DNA of 32,357 nucleotides from Clostridiales bacterium (GTDB lineage: Bacteria > Bacillota > Clostridia > Saccharofermentanales > UBA5734): assembly GCA_003532195.1 (NCBI GenBank), contig DOFA01000171.1, forward strand, positions 1 through 32,357, given 5' to 3'. Positions 1 to 12,823 of the stretch are shown piece after piece. The translations under genes were made by a program, and so were the position numbers. Each line of letters begins with the position of its first letter. Within the stretch, counting starts at the first letter, position 1. The notes under the pieces were generated by a model. The model ran no database searches and had not been told where the DNA came from. It worked only from the letters and a program-made list of their open reading frames with translations.

Positions 1-4
1 GAAA

Positions 5-1690
5 TCAGCGGCCGGTTGGAAAACTGGTAGCGTATGCGGCAATGCTTGGATTTCCGGTTGGATCGCTCAGGTCGGAGACAGCGCCGGCTGGAACGGTAAC
101 TTTATAGGAAGTCAACGCATTTAATTCGACGGTTGCCTGAATGATCAACTGGGTGCCATCGATAGATGCGACATAAGGTACAGCCGTCTTCTTCTGGACA
201 AAGGTTATTTTTGCAAACCCGGGGCCAGGCTGGATATTTTCGTTGAAAGTGAAGATCACCTGGATTGTTCGGCTAACTCCGGTTGATCGATTGGCGGGTA
301 CCACACTGACCAGGGCTGGCGGCGTTGTATCTGCCGGTTCAGGCAGTCCGTTGAGAGCGGCCTGGACTGCGGCGGCGGCATTGGCCATGCCGCCCGAAAC
401 TGTCTTGCCGGTAAGCGATGCCAGCGGCGCGGCGGAACCGACGACCAGTTCGCGCACCTGGGATCCGGTCAAATCGGCCCTGACACTAAGCATCAATGCG
501 ACAATACCTGAAACATGCGGTGCTGCCATGGATGTGCCGCTCATATACGAATAAGTGCTGTCAGGTGTGCAGCTGGCAATATAAACGCCAGGTGCGCCGA
601 CATCAACGCCAATGACGCCGTAATTGGAAAAACTGGCTAAAGCACCGCGGTTATCAATAGCGGCGATCGACAGGATATTTTCGCAATTGTAACCTGCCGG
701 GAAGAACGCCCGTATATCTATATTTTTCTTAGAGTTTCCGGCTGCCGCGATGAAAGGTTTACCGAAACGAGTGATCGCATCTTTGAGCATTTGGTCATAA
801 CTGCCGCCGCCCCAGGAGTTGCTGGCCAGGTCGGCACCCATGAGCCGGGCGTAATCGAGGGCTTCGATAGCGTCAGCTGTGCTGCCGCCGCTCGGTCCTA
901 TGAATTTCAAGGACATGATTTTGACACCGGGAGCTACACCTGCCACGCCGATCCCATTGTCGGCGACTGCGGCGATCGTTCCGGCGCAGTGAGTTCCATG
1001 GTCGTCACCGTCAGCAGCGTCATAGACTGTTGCATCGCCATTGAAGAAATCCCAGCCATGGATATCATCCACATAGCCATTCTTGTCATCGTCCACACCG
1101 GGTTGGCCGTTGGATTCGGCTGCGTTAGTCCACATATTGGCTGCCAGATCCGGATGGGATGCATCGATACCGGTATCGATGACCGCGACCAGGATATCCG
1201 GACTCCCTTTCGTGACCGGCCAGGTTTCCGGTGCATCGATGTCGATGTCCGGGATGCCGGCAGATCCGCCGATTATCTGCCCACTGTTTTCCAGACCCCA
1301 TTCAAGCCCAAAATATTCGTCGTCAGGTAAATCGTATAGGGCAGTATACCAATAGTTGGGCTGAGCATAGGCAACCCGGAAATCCGCCTTTAAGCGGGAG
1401 ATGACTTGTTCAACTGATTGTCCGCCGATGATTTGCACCAGCTCGGTATTGGCTGACAGGAGTTCCTTTTTACCACTCAGACCGTGCTGAACTTTGACCT
1501 TCACCTTTTCCAGGCTGGTCAGCGAGTCTTTATACCTGACTAATATTTCCCCGGCGACATACGATTGTCCTGACTGAAAACTATCCGTGCCGGCAGCCGT
1601 GATTTCTTCGCCGGCTGAGATAAAACTGACTGAAGAACAAGCAATAACCAGAACGAGCAGCCATTTTAACCAGTTACGATTCCTAAACAT
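5..1690 (-). CDS. Secreted subtilisin-like serine peptidase (S8 family) with propeptide and C-terminal bacterial Ig-like domain
   Basis: Long ORF with the S8 triad motifs VAVIDTGID (Asp), DDHGTHCAGT (His) and SGTSMAAPHVSG (Ser). The hydrophobic N-terminus WLKWLLVLVIACSSVSFISA looks like a signal peptide. The C-terminal region TTPPALVSVVPANRSTGV...YKVTVPAGAVSDL resembles an Ig-like domain. The ORF opens at TTG 1705, but GGGGAGG (1697-1703) lies 6 nt upstream of ATG 1690. ATG 1693 is also possible. The stop TGA is at 5-7. Confidence 0.9.
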   Translation of the reverse strand: MFRNRNWLKWLLVLVIACSSVSFISAGEEITAAGTDSFQSGQSYVAGEILVRYKDSLTSLEKVKVKVQHGLSGKKELLSANTELVQIIGGQSVEQVISRLKADFRVAYAQPNYWYTALYDLPDDEYFGLEWGLENSGQIIGGSAGIPDIDIDAPETWPVTKGSPDILVAVIDTGIDASHPDLAANMWTNAAESNGQPGVDDDKNGYVDDIHGWDFFNGDATVYDAADGDDHGTHCAGTIAAVADNGIGVAGVAPGVKIMSLKFIGPSGGSTADAIEALDYARLMGADLASNSWGGGSYDQMLKDAITRFGKPFIAAAGNSKKNIDIRAFFPAGYNCENILSIAAIDNRGALASFSNYGVIGVDVGAPGVYIASCTPDSTYSYMSGTSMAAPHVSGIVALMLSVRADLTGSQVRELVVGSAAPLASLTGKTVSGGMANAAAAVQAALNGLPEPADTTPPALVSVVPANRSTGVSRTIQVIFTFNENIQPGPGFAKITFVQKKTAVPYVASIDGTQLIIQATVELNALTSYKVTVPAGAVSDLSDPTGNPSIAAYATSFPTGR

Positions 1691-1725
1691 CATTTGCCTC
1701 CCCAATGCCGATTTATAATTAAGTC

Positions 1726-1757
1726 CAGAAGAGGCTGGATGAATCCAGCCTCTTCTG
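1726..1757 (-). terminator. Hairpin downstream of the DUF4332 gene (possible partial terminator)
   Basis: Perfect 14-bp inverted repeat cagaagaggctgga / tccagcctcttctg with a 4-nt loop, 20 nt past the stop at 1778. The trailing sequence on the minus strand is A/U-rich but is not a clean U-tract. Read-through into the protease gene therefore remains possible. Confidence 0.45.
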
Positions 1758-1777
1758 TCTTGTGCGGGTGAATAGGG

Positions 1778-2182
1778 TTAGTATTTGAGCATGCGGGGCA
1801 ATTCCGCAGCGTGCCGGATCCACTCGCCGACCTGTTTCTCGGTTGGCAGTTTTCGAACCAGCTTTTGGGTTGAATTGATTTCCGCTATTTTTGCGTAGAG
1901 ATTGTCCATTCTGCGTTTTGCCAGTTCCGGTACGGTATCCACGCCTGCCATTTCCAGCAAATCGGCATATTCGCCGCCGATGCCCTTAATCCGGGCCAGG
2001 TCGGCGCGATTAGCCCATTTCAACAACAGCTTCTCAGAGATATCGCTTTTTTCTGATAGTTCGCTGCGAGCGTCTTTAGTTGCACATGCTGCCAGTAAAT
2101 CTTCTTGTGATGAAATGCCGGCTTCCTTTAGCTTCTCTGTAAATAACTTGCCGATTCCCTCAATTTCACTCAGTTTAGCCAT
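1778..2182 (-). CDS. DUF4332 domain-containing protein (helix-hairpin-helix-like)
   Basis: Roughly 134-aa ORF with repeated HhH-like segments (IEGIGKLFTEKLKEAGI and IKGIGGEYADLLEMAGV) typical of DUF4332 proteins. The ORF opens at TTG 2185. AAGGAG lies 9 nt upstream of ATG 2182. Confidence 0.75.
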   Translation of the reverse strand: MAKLSEIEGIGKLFTEKLKEAGISSQEDLLAACATKDARSELSEKSDISEKLLLKWANRADLARIKGIGGEYADLLEMAGVDTVPELAKRRMDNLYAKIAEINSTQKLVRKLPTEKQVGEWIRHAAELPRMLKY

Positions 2183-2414
2183 CAATCAAGACTCCTTTCA
2201 CCTATCAGCAGATTATTGCAAGAGACCTTGAGACAATTTGAGAATAGCGCAAATTCCAGATAAAGTCAAATATCTGGCTTGGGTTTTGGCAGAGGAACCA
2301 TCTGAAAATCGGCTAATATAGTTAAATTTGCGGATCAAATTACCGGTAAATATATGCAGACTGACAGAAAAGCAACCGACCTGATTCGTCGCAAAAAATT
2401 AATATAAAAAGATA

Positions 2415-2442
2415 TTGACAAGCGATAAAAATGGTCTAAAAT
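2415..2442 (+). promoter_or_regulatory. Sigma-70-type promoter for the ATP-grasp/KamA operon
   Basis: Perfect -35 TTGACA (2415-2420), a 16-nt spacer, and -10 TAAAAT (2437-2442). It lies about 55 nt upstream of ATG 2496. Confidence 0.55.
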
Positions 2443-2495
2443 TCACACTAAAAGGACAGAACTTGGGTAATTAAACGGCAGAGAAGGCATGACTG

Positions 2496-3527
2496 ATGGA
2501 GGAAAGAGCAAACCAGGATAACATCCCCCCATTACAAATTGGATTAACATACAACATTAAGAAAAATATTAAATCGGAAATCATTGACATTGAAGCAGAA
2601 CTAGATAGCATGGATACGGTACAGGCCATCAAAGCCGCACTGCAATCGGACAATTGCCAAGTTGAACTGATGGAAGCCGATGACAGTTTGCCGGCCCGGC
2701 TGGCTGCCGGACCGCCGCATATCGTTTTCAATATTGCCGAAGGCATTCAGGGGCGGGGTCGCGAGGCTCAGGTGCCTGCTATTTTGAATTATTTACGGAT
2801 TCCGTTTACCGGATCTGATGAAACAACATTAAGCGTAGCTTTGGATAAAGCGCTGACCAAGCGCCTCCTCGCATCCTATCACATTCGCACGCCACAATAC
2901 CAGATTATTTCACAAGCCCATCCCCGAATGACGGGCCATATCCGGTACCCGGCGATTGTCAAGCCGAACACTGAAGGTTCAAGCAAAGGCATATCTGATA
3001 TGGCTATCGTTACAAACCGGCAGGAGCTGTATAAATTATCCGGGCAAAATATCGCCTGGTATCGCCAGGACATGCTGGTTGAAGAATATATCGCCGGCCG
3101 GGAGTTTACGGTTGGCATTCTTGGCAACGGAAACGAAATCCGGGTATTTCCGCCGATGGAAATCGTCTATCTGAACCGTAAAAGTAACTATAACATTTAT
3201 AGTTACACGGTCAAGCAAAATTACAAACAGCTGATTCGCTATGATTGCCCGGCTAATATAAGCGGCGAAACTGAAAAGGAGATGGTGCGGACCGCGCGCA
3301 GGATATACGAGATTCTGGCCTGCCGCGACTTTTCCAGGATTGACTTCCGACTTACCGAACAGGGGGTTCTTTACTTCATTGAAATTAATCCGCTGCCGGG
3401 ATTGGCTCCCGGCTACAGCGATTATCCCATGCTCGCCGAATTCAGCGGCATGGATTATAGAATGCTGGTGCGCAATATTTGCCGGTGTGCCTTGAAAAGG
3501 TACAACCTTGATTTTGATTTTCAGTAA
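2496..3527 (+). CDS. ATP-grasp ligase, D-alanine--D-alanine ligase family
   Basis: 343-aa ORF with Ddl-like blocks: IVFNIAEGIQGRGREAQVPAILNYLRIPFTGS, YPAIVKPNTEGSSKGI, LVEEYIAGREFTVGILG and FIEINPLPGL. AGAAGG lies 8 nt upstream of the ATG. Confidence 0.85.
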   Translation: MEERANQDNIPPLQIGLTYNIKKNIKSEIIDIEAELDSMDTVQAIKAALQSDNCQVELMEADDSLPARLAAGPPHIVFNIAEGIQGRGREAQVPAILNYLRIPFTGSDETTLSVALDKALTKRLLASYHIRTPQYQIISQAHPRMTGHIRYPAIVKPNTEGSSKGISDMAIVTNRQELYKLSGQNIAWYRQDMLVEEYIAGREFTVGILGNGNEIRVFPPMEIVYLNRKSNYNIYSYTVKQNYKQLIRYDCPANISGETEKEMVRTARRIYEILACRDFSRIDFRLTEQGVLYFIEINPLPGLAPGYSDYPMLAEFSGMDYRMLVRNICRCALKRYNLDFDFQ

Positions 3528-3529
3528 GG

Positions 3530-4660
3530 ATGATAGGAATGGACGAGAGTATACTGGGGCAAGAAGATCCCGAACCTCATAGCACTGAGTGGAATGATTG
3601 GCGCTGGCAGTTCAGGCACCGGATCACCCGTGTCGAGGATCTCGAGAAGATTATTCCTCTGAACGAACAGGAAAAAAATGAAATTGCCGCCTGCCTGGGT
3701 TTGTTCCGGATGGCGATCACCCCTTATTACGCCTCCTTGATCGATCCAGGCAATCCCGAGTGCCCGATCCGCTGCCAGTCGGTACCTTCGATCGGCGAAA
3801 CCGTGATCGGGCCGGACGAACTGGAAGATCCCTTAAGCGAAGAAAGAGACAGCCCGGTCCCCGGCATTGTCCATCGTTATCCGGACCGGGTGCTGTTTCT
3901 GGTCACACACCAGTGCGCTGCCTATTGTCGGCACTGCACCCGCCGCCGCACGGTCGGTGAGGAAGACCGCCGGATATCAGAAGCTGAACTGGACTTAGCG
4001 CTCGGATATATCAGCCGGACGGTACAAATCCGCGATGTCCTCTTGTCCGGTGGCGATCCGCTGACAATGGGCGACGAAGTGCTGGAAAAGATCATCGCCC
4101 GTTTACGGGCAATCGAGCATGTGGAAATCATCCGCATCGGCACGAGGGTACCTGTGGTCCTGCCGATGCGGATTACGCCGGAACTGCTGGCTATGCTGAA
4201 GAAATACCAGCCGATCTGGATCAATACTCATTTCAATCATCCGCGCGAAATATCCCCTGAATCCAGCCGGGCCTGCGCGGCCATTGTTGATGCCGGAATC
4301 CCGCTCGGCAATCAAAGTGTCTTGCTGAGAAACATCAACGACAACGCGGAAACCATGAAGGAATTGCTGCTCAAACTGGTCAGGAACAGGGTCAGGCCTT
4401 ACTACCTTTATCAATGCGACATGTCCCGTGGGCTGGGGCATTTTCGGACCAAAGTGGAAAAAGGAATTGAGATCATCCGCAGCCTGACCGGATCGATATC
4501 CGGCTATGCTGTTCCAAAATTTGTCATTGACGCACCGCAGGGCGGCGGCAAAGTTCCGGTCAATCCGGAATACGTTGTTTCCATGGATTCGCAAGAAGTC
4601 GTTCTGCGCAATTTTCAGGGCCGGCAGTATGTTTATCCACAACCTAAAGACATTACCTGA
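3530..4660 (+). CDS. KamA-family radical SAM aminomutase (lysine 2,3-aminomutase-like, short form)
   Basis: 376-aa ORF starting 2 nt after the ATG-grasp gene stop. It has the N-terminal WNDWRWQFRHRI signature and the radical-SAM cluster CAAYCRHC (Cys codons at 3914, 3926, 3935). The GGDPL motif and YQCD are present, as is the PLP-lysine block VIDAPQGGGK (Lys codon 4550-4552). ATG 3539 is an alternative start. Confidence 0.9.
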   Translation: MIGMDESILGQEDPEPHSTEWNDWRWQFRHRITRVEDLEKIIPLNEQEKNEIAACLGLFRMAITPYYASLIDPGNPECPIRCQSVPSIGETVIGPDELEDPLSEERDSPVPGIVHRYPDRVLFLVTHQCAAYCRHCTRRRTVGEEDRRISEAELDLALGYISRTVQIRDVLLSGGDPLTMGDEVLEKIIARLRAIEHVEIIRIGTRVPVVLPMRITPELLAMLKKYQPIWINTHFNHPREISPESSRACAAIVDAGIPLGNQSVLLRNINDNAETMKELLLKLVRNRVRPYYLYQCDMSRGLGHFRTKVEKGIEIIRSLTGSISGYAVPKFVIDAPQGGGKVPVNPEYVVSMDSQEVVLRNFQGRQYVYPQPKDIT

Positions 4661-4681
4661 AGCAGGTAATGTCTTTAGGTT
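4641..4681. terminator. Strong hairpin between the convergent KamA-family and HEAT-repeat genes
   Basis: Perfect 18-bp inverted repeat aacctaaagacattacct / aggtaatgtctttaggtt with a 5-nt loop. The left arm and loop contain the TGA stop (4658-4660) of the KamA-family gene. There is no U-tract on either side. Confidence 0.5.
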
Positions 4682-4703
4682 AAATCAGAACTGACAATAT
4701 TCT

Positions 4704-5060
4704 TTACGCGTTGCCGGATCTGGATATATTGCTGATGATGGTGAGGGTGTCAGAGATGGCTTCCAGAACCTTCTCATCTTTTTCAGTATTTCGTAAATAC
4801 TGCAAATGCGTTTTCGATTGCGGTTCTTTCCGCTCCCGCAAAGCCATGTCGCCTAAGGCCTTGACGGCATCGATGCGGGTATCCGGATCCGAATTGCGCA
4901 AAAGCTCGATCAGGGTGTTGACTGCCTTATCATCGCTGAGTTTGCCTAAGGCAGCAATAGCGGCTTTGCGGACCTCGGGGTCCTTGTCATTCACGAAAGC
5001 GATAATCTTTTCACTTTTTGCACGCTTGACCAGCTTTTCAATCTTGTCTGTCTTGCTCAT
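4704..5060 (-). CDS. HEAT-repeat domain protein
   Basis: Tandem HEAT/PBS-lyase-like repeats (DPEVRKAAIAALGKL and DPDTRIDAVKALGDM). The ORF opens at ATG 5081 without an SD. AGGAG lies 7 nt upstream of ATG 5060, which is the preferred start. Confidence 0.75.
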   Translation of the reverse strand: MSKTDKIEKLVKRAKSEKIIAFVNDKDPEVRKAAIAALGKLSDDKAVNTLIELLRNSDPDTRIDAVKALGDMALRERKEPQSKTHLQYLRNTEKDEKVLEAISDTLTIISNISRSGNA

Positions 5061-5228
5061 GGAATATCTCCTATCAGTCATTTAGAGTTGAAATCATTTT
5101 AGCATTGCCACTTGCCCTTGAATCGAATGTACATAATTGTTAACATATGGTTTACAATTGCTGACCGGAATATTGTCTTGTTTTTGTCAATATGACTTGA
5201 ATTTCTGTTCAATATTTGTTGCTTTCGA

Positions 5229-6596
5229 TTAAGGAGCAGTCGCTGCCAAAGCGGCATCAGCCCTTGCCAGGCCGGCGCCGGTGGCATCGGAACCCCAGGT
5301 GTAAACTTCCGTTTGACCGCTGGAATTCAAGACGCTTGCCGAGTCATGCGAAAACGGTAAAGCTGTACTTTCCAGTATCGACTCCACATCCGCCGCGGTC
5401 AAATCTGGGTTTTTCTGTGCCATTAAAGCCGCGATGCCGGCGACATGCGGGCTGGCCATCGAAGTGCCGCCAAGGTAATAATAGCTGGTTTTTCCGCTTT
5501 GCAGCTGGTAGGGGCCGACAATCCAGGAACCGGGAGCCGCGACGTCAAGATCCTGACCGGACAGCTCACGGCTGGAAAAGTCGGTGATATAAAAATCAGC
5601 ACTGTTCGCCGGGTCGGTTACATCCCGGTTATACCACCAGCTGCCAGAGGACCACTCGCCGGTCCAGCCGGCGGCTGCCACGGAGATGACCGGCGCATAG
5701 GCGCCGGGATAACCCATACCGGCTTCCCCGTTGTTGCCGGCCGAAGCGACAATGATTACGCCGGCAGCGATGGCATAATCGATGGCCGCCTCTTCGACGG
5801 CATCGAGAACCGGCCCGCCCAGGCTCATGTTGATGACGACAGGATAATCAGCCAGCTCGTTCATTTTCAAGTCAGCTACATAGATGATGCCTTCAGCGAT
5901 GACCGAAGACCAACCTGACCCGTTCTGGTTGAGCACTTTGACCGGGATAACGGTGGCCATTGGCGCGACGCCGTTGACCGGCGTGCCATTCATGCTGTAA
6001 CCCAGGATCGTGCTGGTCACATGGGTGCCGTGGGAATTCTGGTCGTGCTCCCATTTATTGGGCTGCACGGAAACAAAGCCGGCTTCGCCGCCGCCGCCGC
6101 CGAAGCAGACCGCGTATTCTTCGGCGATCCGTTCTTCGGGGAAATACTGGCGCCAGGTATCGAGAAGCCCGGTGTCCAGAACGGCAACATAGACACCGGC
6201 GCCGTCATAGCTGACCTGGCGGTTGTTGAAACCGATATTGGTGACATTGATCGCATCCAGATTCCAGGTGCTCATACCGGTTGAAAATGCGGAAGCGCTG
6301 ACTGTGTCAACCGGCGATCCGTTCCGCGCGGCATCGGGATTAGCTGCCGCCACATAAGGCAAAGCCCGGATGGCCGCCAGTTCGCCGGACTTGATGCGCA
6401 TGGTCAGGGCATCGACTTCCTGCAGGACTGAGAGGATACGGCCATACCCGCCCAGATCAGCCAGGATTTCCGGGCTAGCTTCCGTATTCAGAACCACATT
6501 GATTCCGATCGTGCCGGCCGCGGCCGATACCGGCGCGCCAGCCGCCAGAAGCGCCGTCATGAAAAGAATAAGAGTGAAAATCGTTAGTCGTTTCAT
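5229..6596 (-). CDS. Secreted subtilisin-like serine peptidase (S8 family)
   Basis: 455-aa ORF with signal peptide MKRLTIFTLILFMTALLAAGAPVSAAAG. Triad motifs are VAVLDTGL, NSHGTHVTST and GGTSMASPHVAG. GAGGAG lies 8 nt upstream of ATG 6596. Confidence 0.9.
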   Translation of the reverse strand: MKRLTIFTLILFMTALLAAGAPVSAAAGTIGINVVLNTEASPEILADLGGYGRILSVLQEVDALTMRIKSGELAAIRALPYVAAANPDAARNGSPVDTVSASAFSTGMSTWNLDAINVTNIGFNNRQVSYDGAGVYVAVLDTGLLDTWRQYFPEERIAEEYAVCFGGGGGEAGFVSVQPNKWEHDQNSHGTHVTSTILGYSMNGTPVNGVAPMATVIPVKVLNQNGSGWSSVIAEGIIYVADLKMNELADYPVVINMSLGGPVLDAVEEAAIDYAIAAGVIIVASAGNNGEAGMGYPGAYAPVISVAAAGWTGEWSSGSWWYNRDVTDPANSADFYITDFSSRELSGQDLDVAAPGSWIVGPYQLQSGKTSYYYLGGTSMASPHVAGIAALMAQKNPDLTAADVESILESTALPFSHDSASVLNSSGQTEVYTWGSDATGAGLARADAALAATAP

Positions 6597-6761
6597 ACCT
6601 GCATCTCCTCATAAATCTGTCCGGGTAATGATTACTGGGAATGTTCCTGCCGCAGCGTTCCCCGGATCCTTTGCCAGCAGGAATTGCTCACCGATAGGAT
6701 ATGGCGCCGGACGGCTCGGATCCGGAAAAAAGTCCGGCGTTGCGGCCCCCGACGTGAATTT

Positions 6762-6770
6762 ATTATAGCA
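6762..6770 (-). promoter_or_regulatory. Extended -10 promoter element (TGcTATAAT) upstream of the second S8 peptidase gene
   Basis: The minus strand reads TGCTATAAT, a perfect TGnTATAAT, about 165 nt upstream of ATG 6596. No good -35 was seen. Confidence 0.4.
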
Positions 6771-6863
6771 CGAAAGGAAAGGCAAACCTAGCTCAGTTAG
6801 TGACAAAACGGGCATGAAGATGTAATACGCGCTTAATTGTATATTATAACCAATGCAGGTAGA

Positions 6864-10787
<3,924 letters not shown>

Positions 10788-10802
10788 GGTGAGAAGAGGT
10801 TC

Positions 10803-12656
10803 ATGCTGACCATTCAAGAAAGCCGGGCTTTGATACCCGTTATCCTGTCCCTCGTTTTCATGGTTTTCCTTTTCGTCATCATCGCCAGGATGAAAGATAA
10901 GAACCAGATCCATTATGCTTTTATGTTTCAAATGGGGGTCATGCTGATTTGGACAGTGGCGGCCATTATTCTGGAATATGATCATCTCGCGGGCGCCCCG
11001 ACCAATCCCATTTGGGTCAATATCGCCTATATTGGCGTCATTCTGACTCCGGTCGGGGTTTTGTATCTGGGTTTGATATTCGCTAAAACCAAGATCCGGC
11101 TGAGCTGGAAGCACGGCCTTCTGTTCCTGGTCCCCCTGTTGTCGGTCATCCTGCTGATCACGAACGACTATCATCATCTCTTTTACAAATATATCGAATA
11201 CACCAAACTGACCCGGGCGGAATCTTTTGGCGCCTATTTCTATTTTCATTCCTTTTATTCCTACGTTTGCATCATGGTCGGCATGGGATACCTGGTTTAT
11301 TTTTCGATTAAGAACGCCGGCTTTTTTTCCCGACAGTCAATTTTTATCCTGCTCGGGATCATTGTGTCCCTCAGCTATAATTTTCTGTTGACCATACAGG
11401 TTATTAACGTCAGTTTTCATACCAATGTCATTGCTTTTTTCTTCACTTTCTTGTTCATCTACCTGGCTATCCTGAAATTTGATTTTCTGAACATTGTGCC
11501 GATCGCTCTGCAAAATGTTGTTGACCATATATCCGACAGCTTTCTGGTCATTGACAAAGACCAGCATATCATTGATTTCAATAAAACATTTGCCGACACT
11601 TTTCAAAGCGTCTTGAAAATCAGCCGTAAAGGCAGCCTGCCGGCCTATATCGCCGCGGCGGAATTCAATCCCGATATTATCCGGCTTCTGATCATGTTCC
11701 AGCAGTCGCTCTTGAAGCGGGCGCCGGACATCAGCGAAACGAACATCCAGATTGACGGCGAAGCGCGGCATTTCATCGTGGAAATCACTCCCCTTTACAG
11801 CCAGGGCAGCTACCTGAGTTCGATCATCCTGCTCAAGGACATCACCCAGGTCAAGCTGGCCATGGAAACAATCCAGAGCAACTACGAGATCATGCGGGAA
11901 AAAGAAAGACTGGCTTCGCTGGGGCAGTTGATCGGCGGCATCGCGCATAACCTGAAAACCCCGATCATGTCAATCTCAGGCGGCATCGAAGGACTCAAGG
12001 ACCTGATTGAAGAATACCGCTCCTCTATTGGCGACAGCACAGTCACTGACGAAGACCATCGGGAAATCGCCTCCGAAATGGTGGCGTGGATCGGAAAAAT
12101 CAAGCCGCACTGCTCCTATATGTCCGATATCATATCGACAGTCAAGGGTCAGGCAGCCCAATTCAATACTACCCTGGACACCACATTTACCCTCGATGAG
12201 CTGATCAAGCGTGTGCAGCTGCTGATGCTGCACGAACTGAACTATTTCCACTGCAGCTTGAAAGTGGATTGCGACCCGACGCGTCTCCTGGAAATCCAGG
12301 GCGATGTCAGCAGCCTGGTCCAGATTTTTGACAATCTGATCATTAATTCGATTCAGTCTTATGAAGGCAAGGAAGGTGTCATCGAGCTGACTGTCCAGGA
12401 AAAAGCCCCAGACATCCTGTTTACGATCCGTGATCATGGCCGCGGGATACCGGCGGCGATCCAGGAGAAAGTCTTCCGGGAAATGGTGACAACCAAAGGC
12501 AACAAGGGGACCGGCTTGGGCCTTTACATGTCCTATGCCACCATCAAGGGCAAGTTCGGCGGCAATATGTGGTTTGCATCAGAACCGGATCGGGGAACGA
12601 CGTTTTATATCTCGATCCCCTGTTTCCGGTCACTTCCCAAGAGCGCTGCCGATTAA
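10803..12656 (+). CDS. Sensor histidine kinase with N-terminal 7TM input domain (HisKA_7TM-like), PAS-like linker, DHp and HATPase domains
   Basis: Seven hydrophobic segments lie in the first ~230 aa. The H-box is LGQLIGGIAHNLKTPI (His codon 11946-11948). Also present are the N-box DNLIINSIQS, G1 RDHGRGIP and G2 GTGLGLY. The ATG is 15 nt after the NRPS stop. Confidence 0.9.
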   Translation: MLTIQESRALIPVILSLVFMVFLFVIIARMKDKNQIHYAFMFQMGVMLIWTVAAIILEYDHLAGAPTNPIWVNIAYIGVILTPVGVLYLGLIFAKTKIRLSWKHGLLFLVPLLSVILLITNDYHHLFYKYIEYTKLTRAESFGAYFYFHSFYSYVCIMVGMGYLVYFSIKNAGFFSRQSIFILLGIIVSLSYNFLLTIQVINVSFHTNVIAFFFTFLFIYLAILKFDFLNIVPIALQNVVDHISDSFLVIDKDQHIIDFNKTFADTFQSVLKISRKGSLPAYIAAAEFNPDIIRLLIMFQQSLLKRAPDISETNIQIDGEARHFIVEITPLYSQGSYLSSIILLKDITQVKLAMETIQSNYEIMREKERLASLGQLIGGIAHNLKTPIMSISGGIEGLKDLIEEYRSSIGDSTVTDEDHREIASEMVAWIGKIKPHCSYMSDIISTVKGQAAQFNTTLDTTFTLDELIKRVQLLMLHELNYFHCSLKVDCDPTRLLEIQGDVSSLVQIFDNLIINSIQSYEGKEGVIELTVQEKAPDILFTIRDHGRGIPAAIQEKVFREMVTTKGNKGTGLGLYMSYATIKGKFGGNMWFASEPDRGTTFYISIPCFRSLPKSAAD

Positions 12657-12727
12657 CTGAAGCAATATTTTGCTATCATTACAAAATCGATATAATTCAA
12701 GGTCAAGATCATTAAACTTATAGAAAC

Positions 12728-12736
12728 TGGTATAAT
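12728..12736 (+). promoter_or_regulatory. Extended -10 promoter element (TGgTATAAT) upstream of the response-regulator gene
   Basis: TGGTATAAT at 12728-12736 sits in an AT-rich 167-nt gap between the kinase stop and ATG 12824. Confidence 0.4.
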
Positions 12737-12823
12737 GAAAAATAGGTTAGCCCAGTGCTGACTCTATTGGTGAACCGGTGACTTTGGATGCAGGAACAGG
12801 GCTGTTTCTGCCGGGAGCGGGAC

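Noticed and set aside
2354-2407. 17-codon ORF (MQTDRKATDLIRRKKLI) upstream of the ATP-grasp gene, considered as a graspetide-type RiPP precursor
   Set aside because: It has no SD and lies upstream of the predicted operon promoter. The peptide lacks the Thr/Ser plus Asp/Glu core expected for ATP-grasp macrocyclisation. The ATP-grasp enzyme is Ddl-like, not microviridin-type.
6597-6761. Possible c-di-GMP riboswitch in the subtilase leader, considered because of the nearby HD-GYP regulator
   Set aside because: Only a loose GGCAAAG...GGGGAACGC resemblance exists. The paired hairpins, tetraloop and receptor of GEMM-I are absent, and so is the type-II pseudoknot consensus. It is kept only as a structured leader of unknown function.
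6787-6806. tRNA-like D-arm string (ctagctcagttagtgac)
   Set aside because: There is no matching GAGC closing strand, anticodon arm, T-arm (GTTCxAxxC) or acceptor stem in the flanking sequence. It is not a tRNA.
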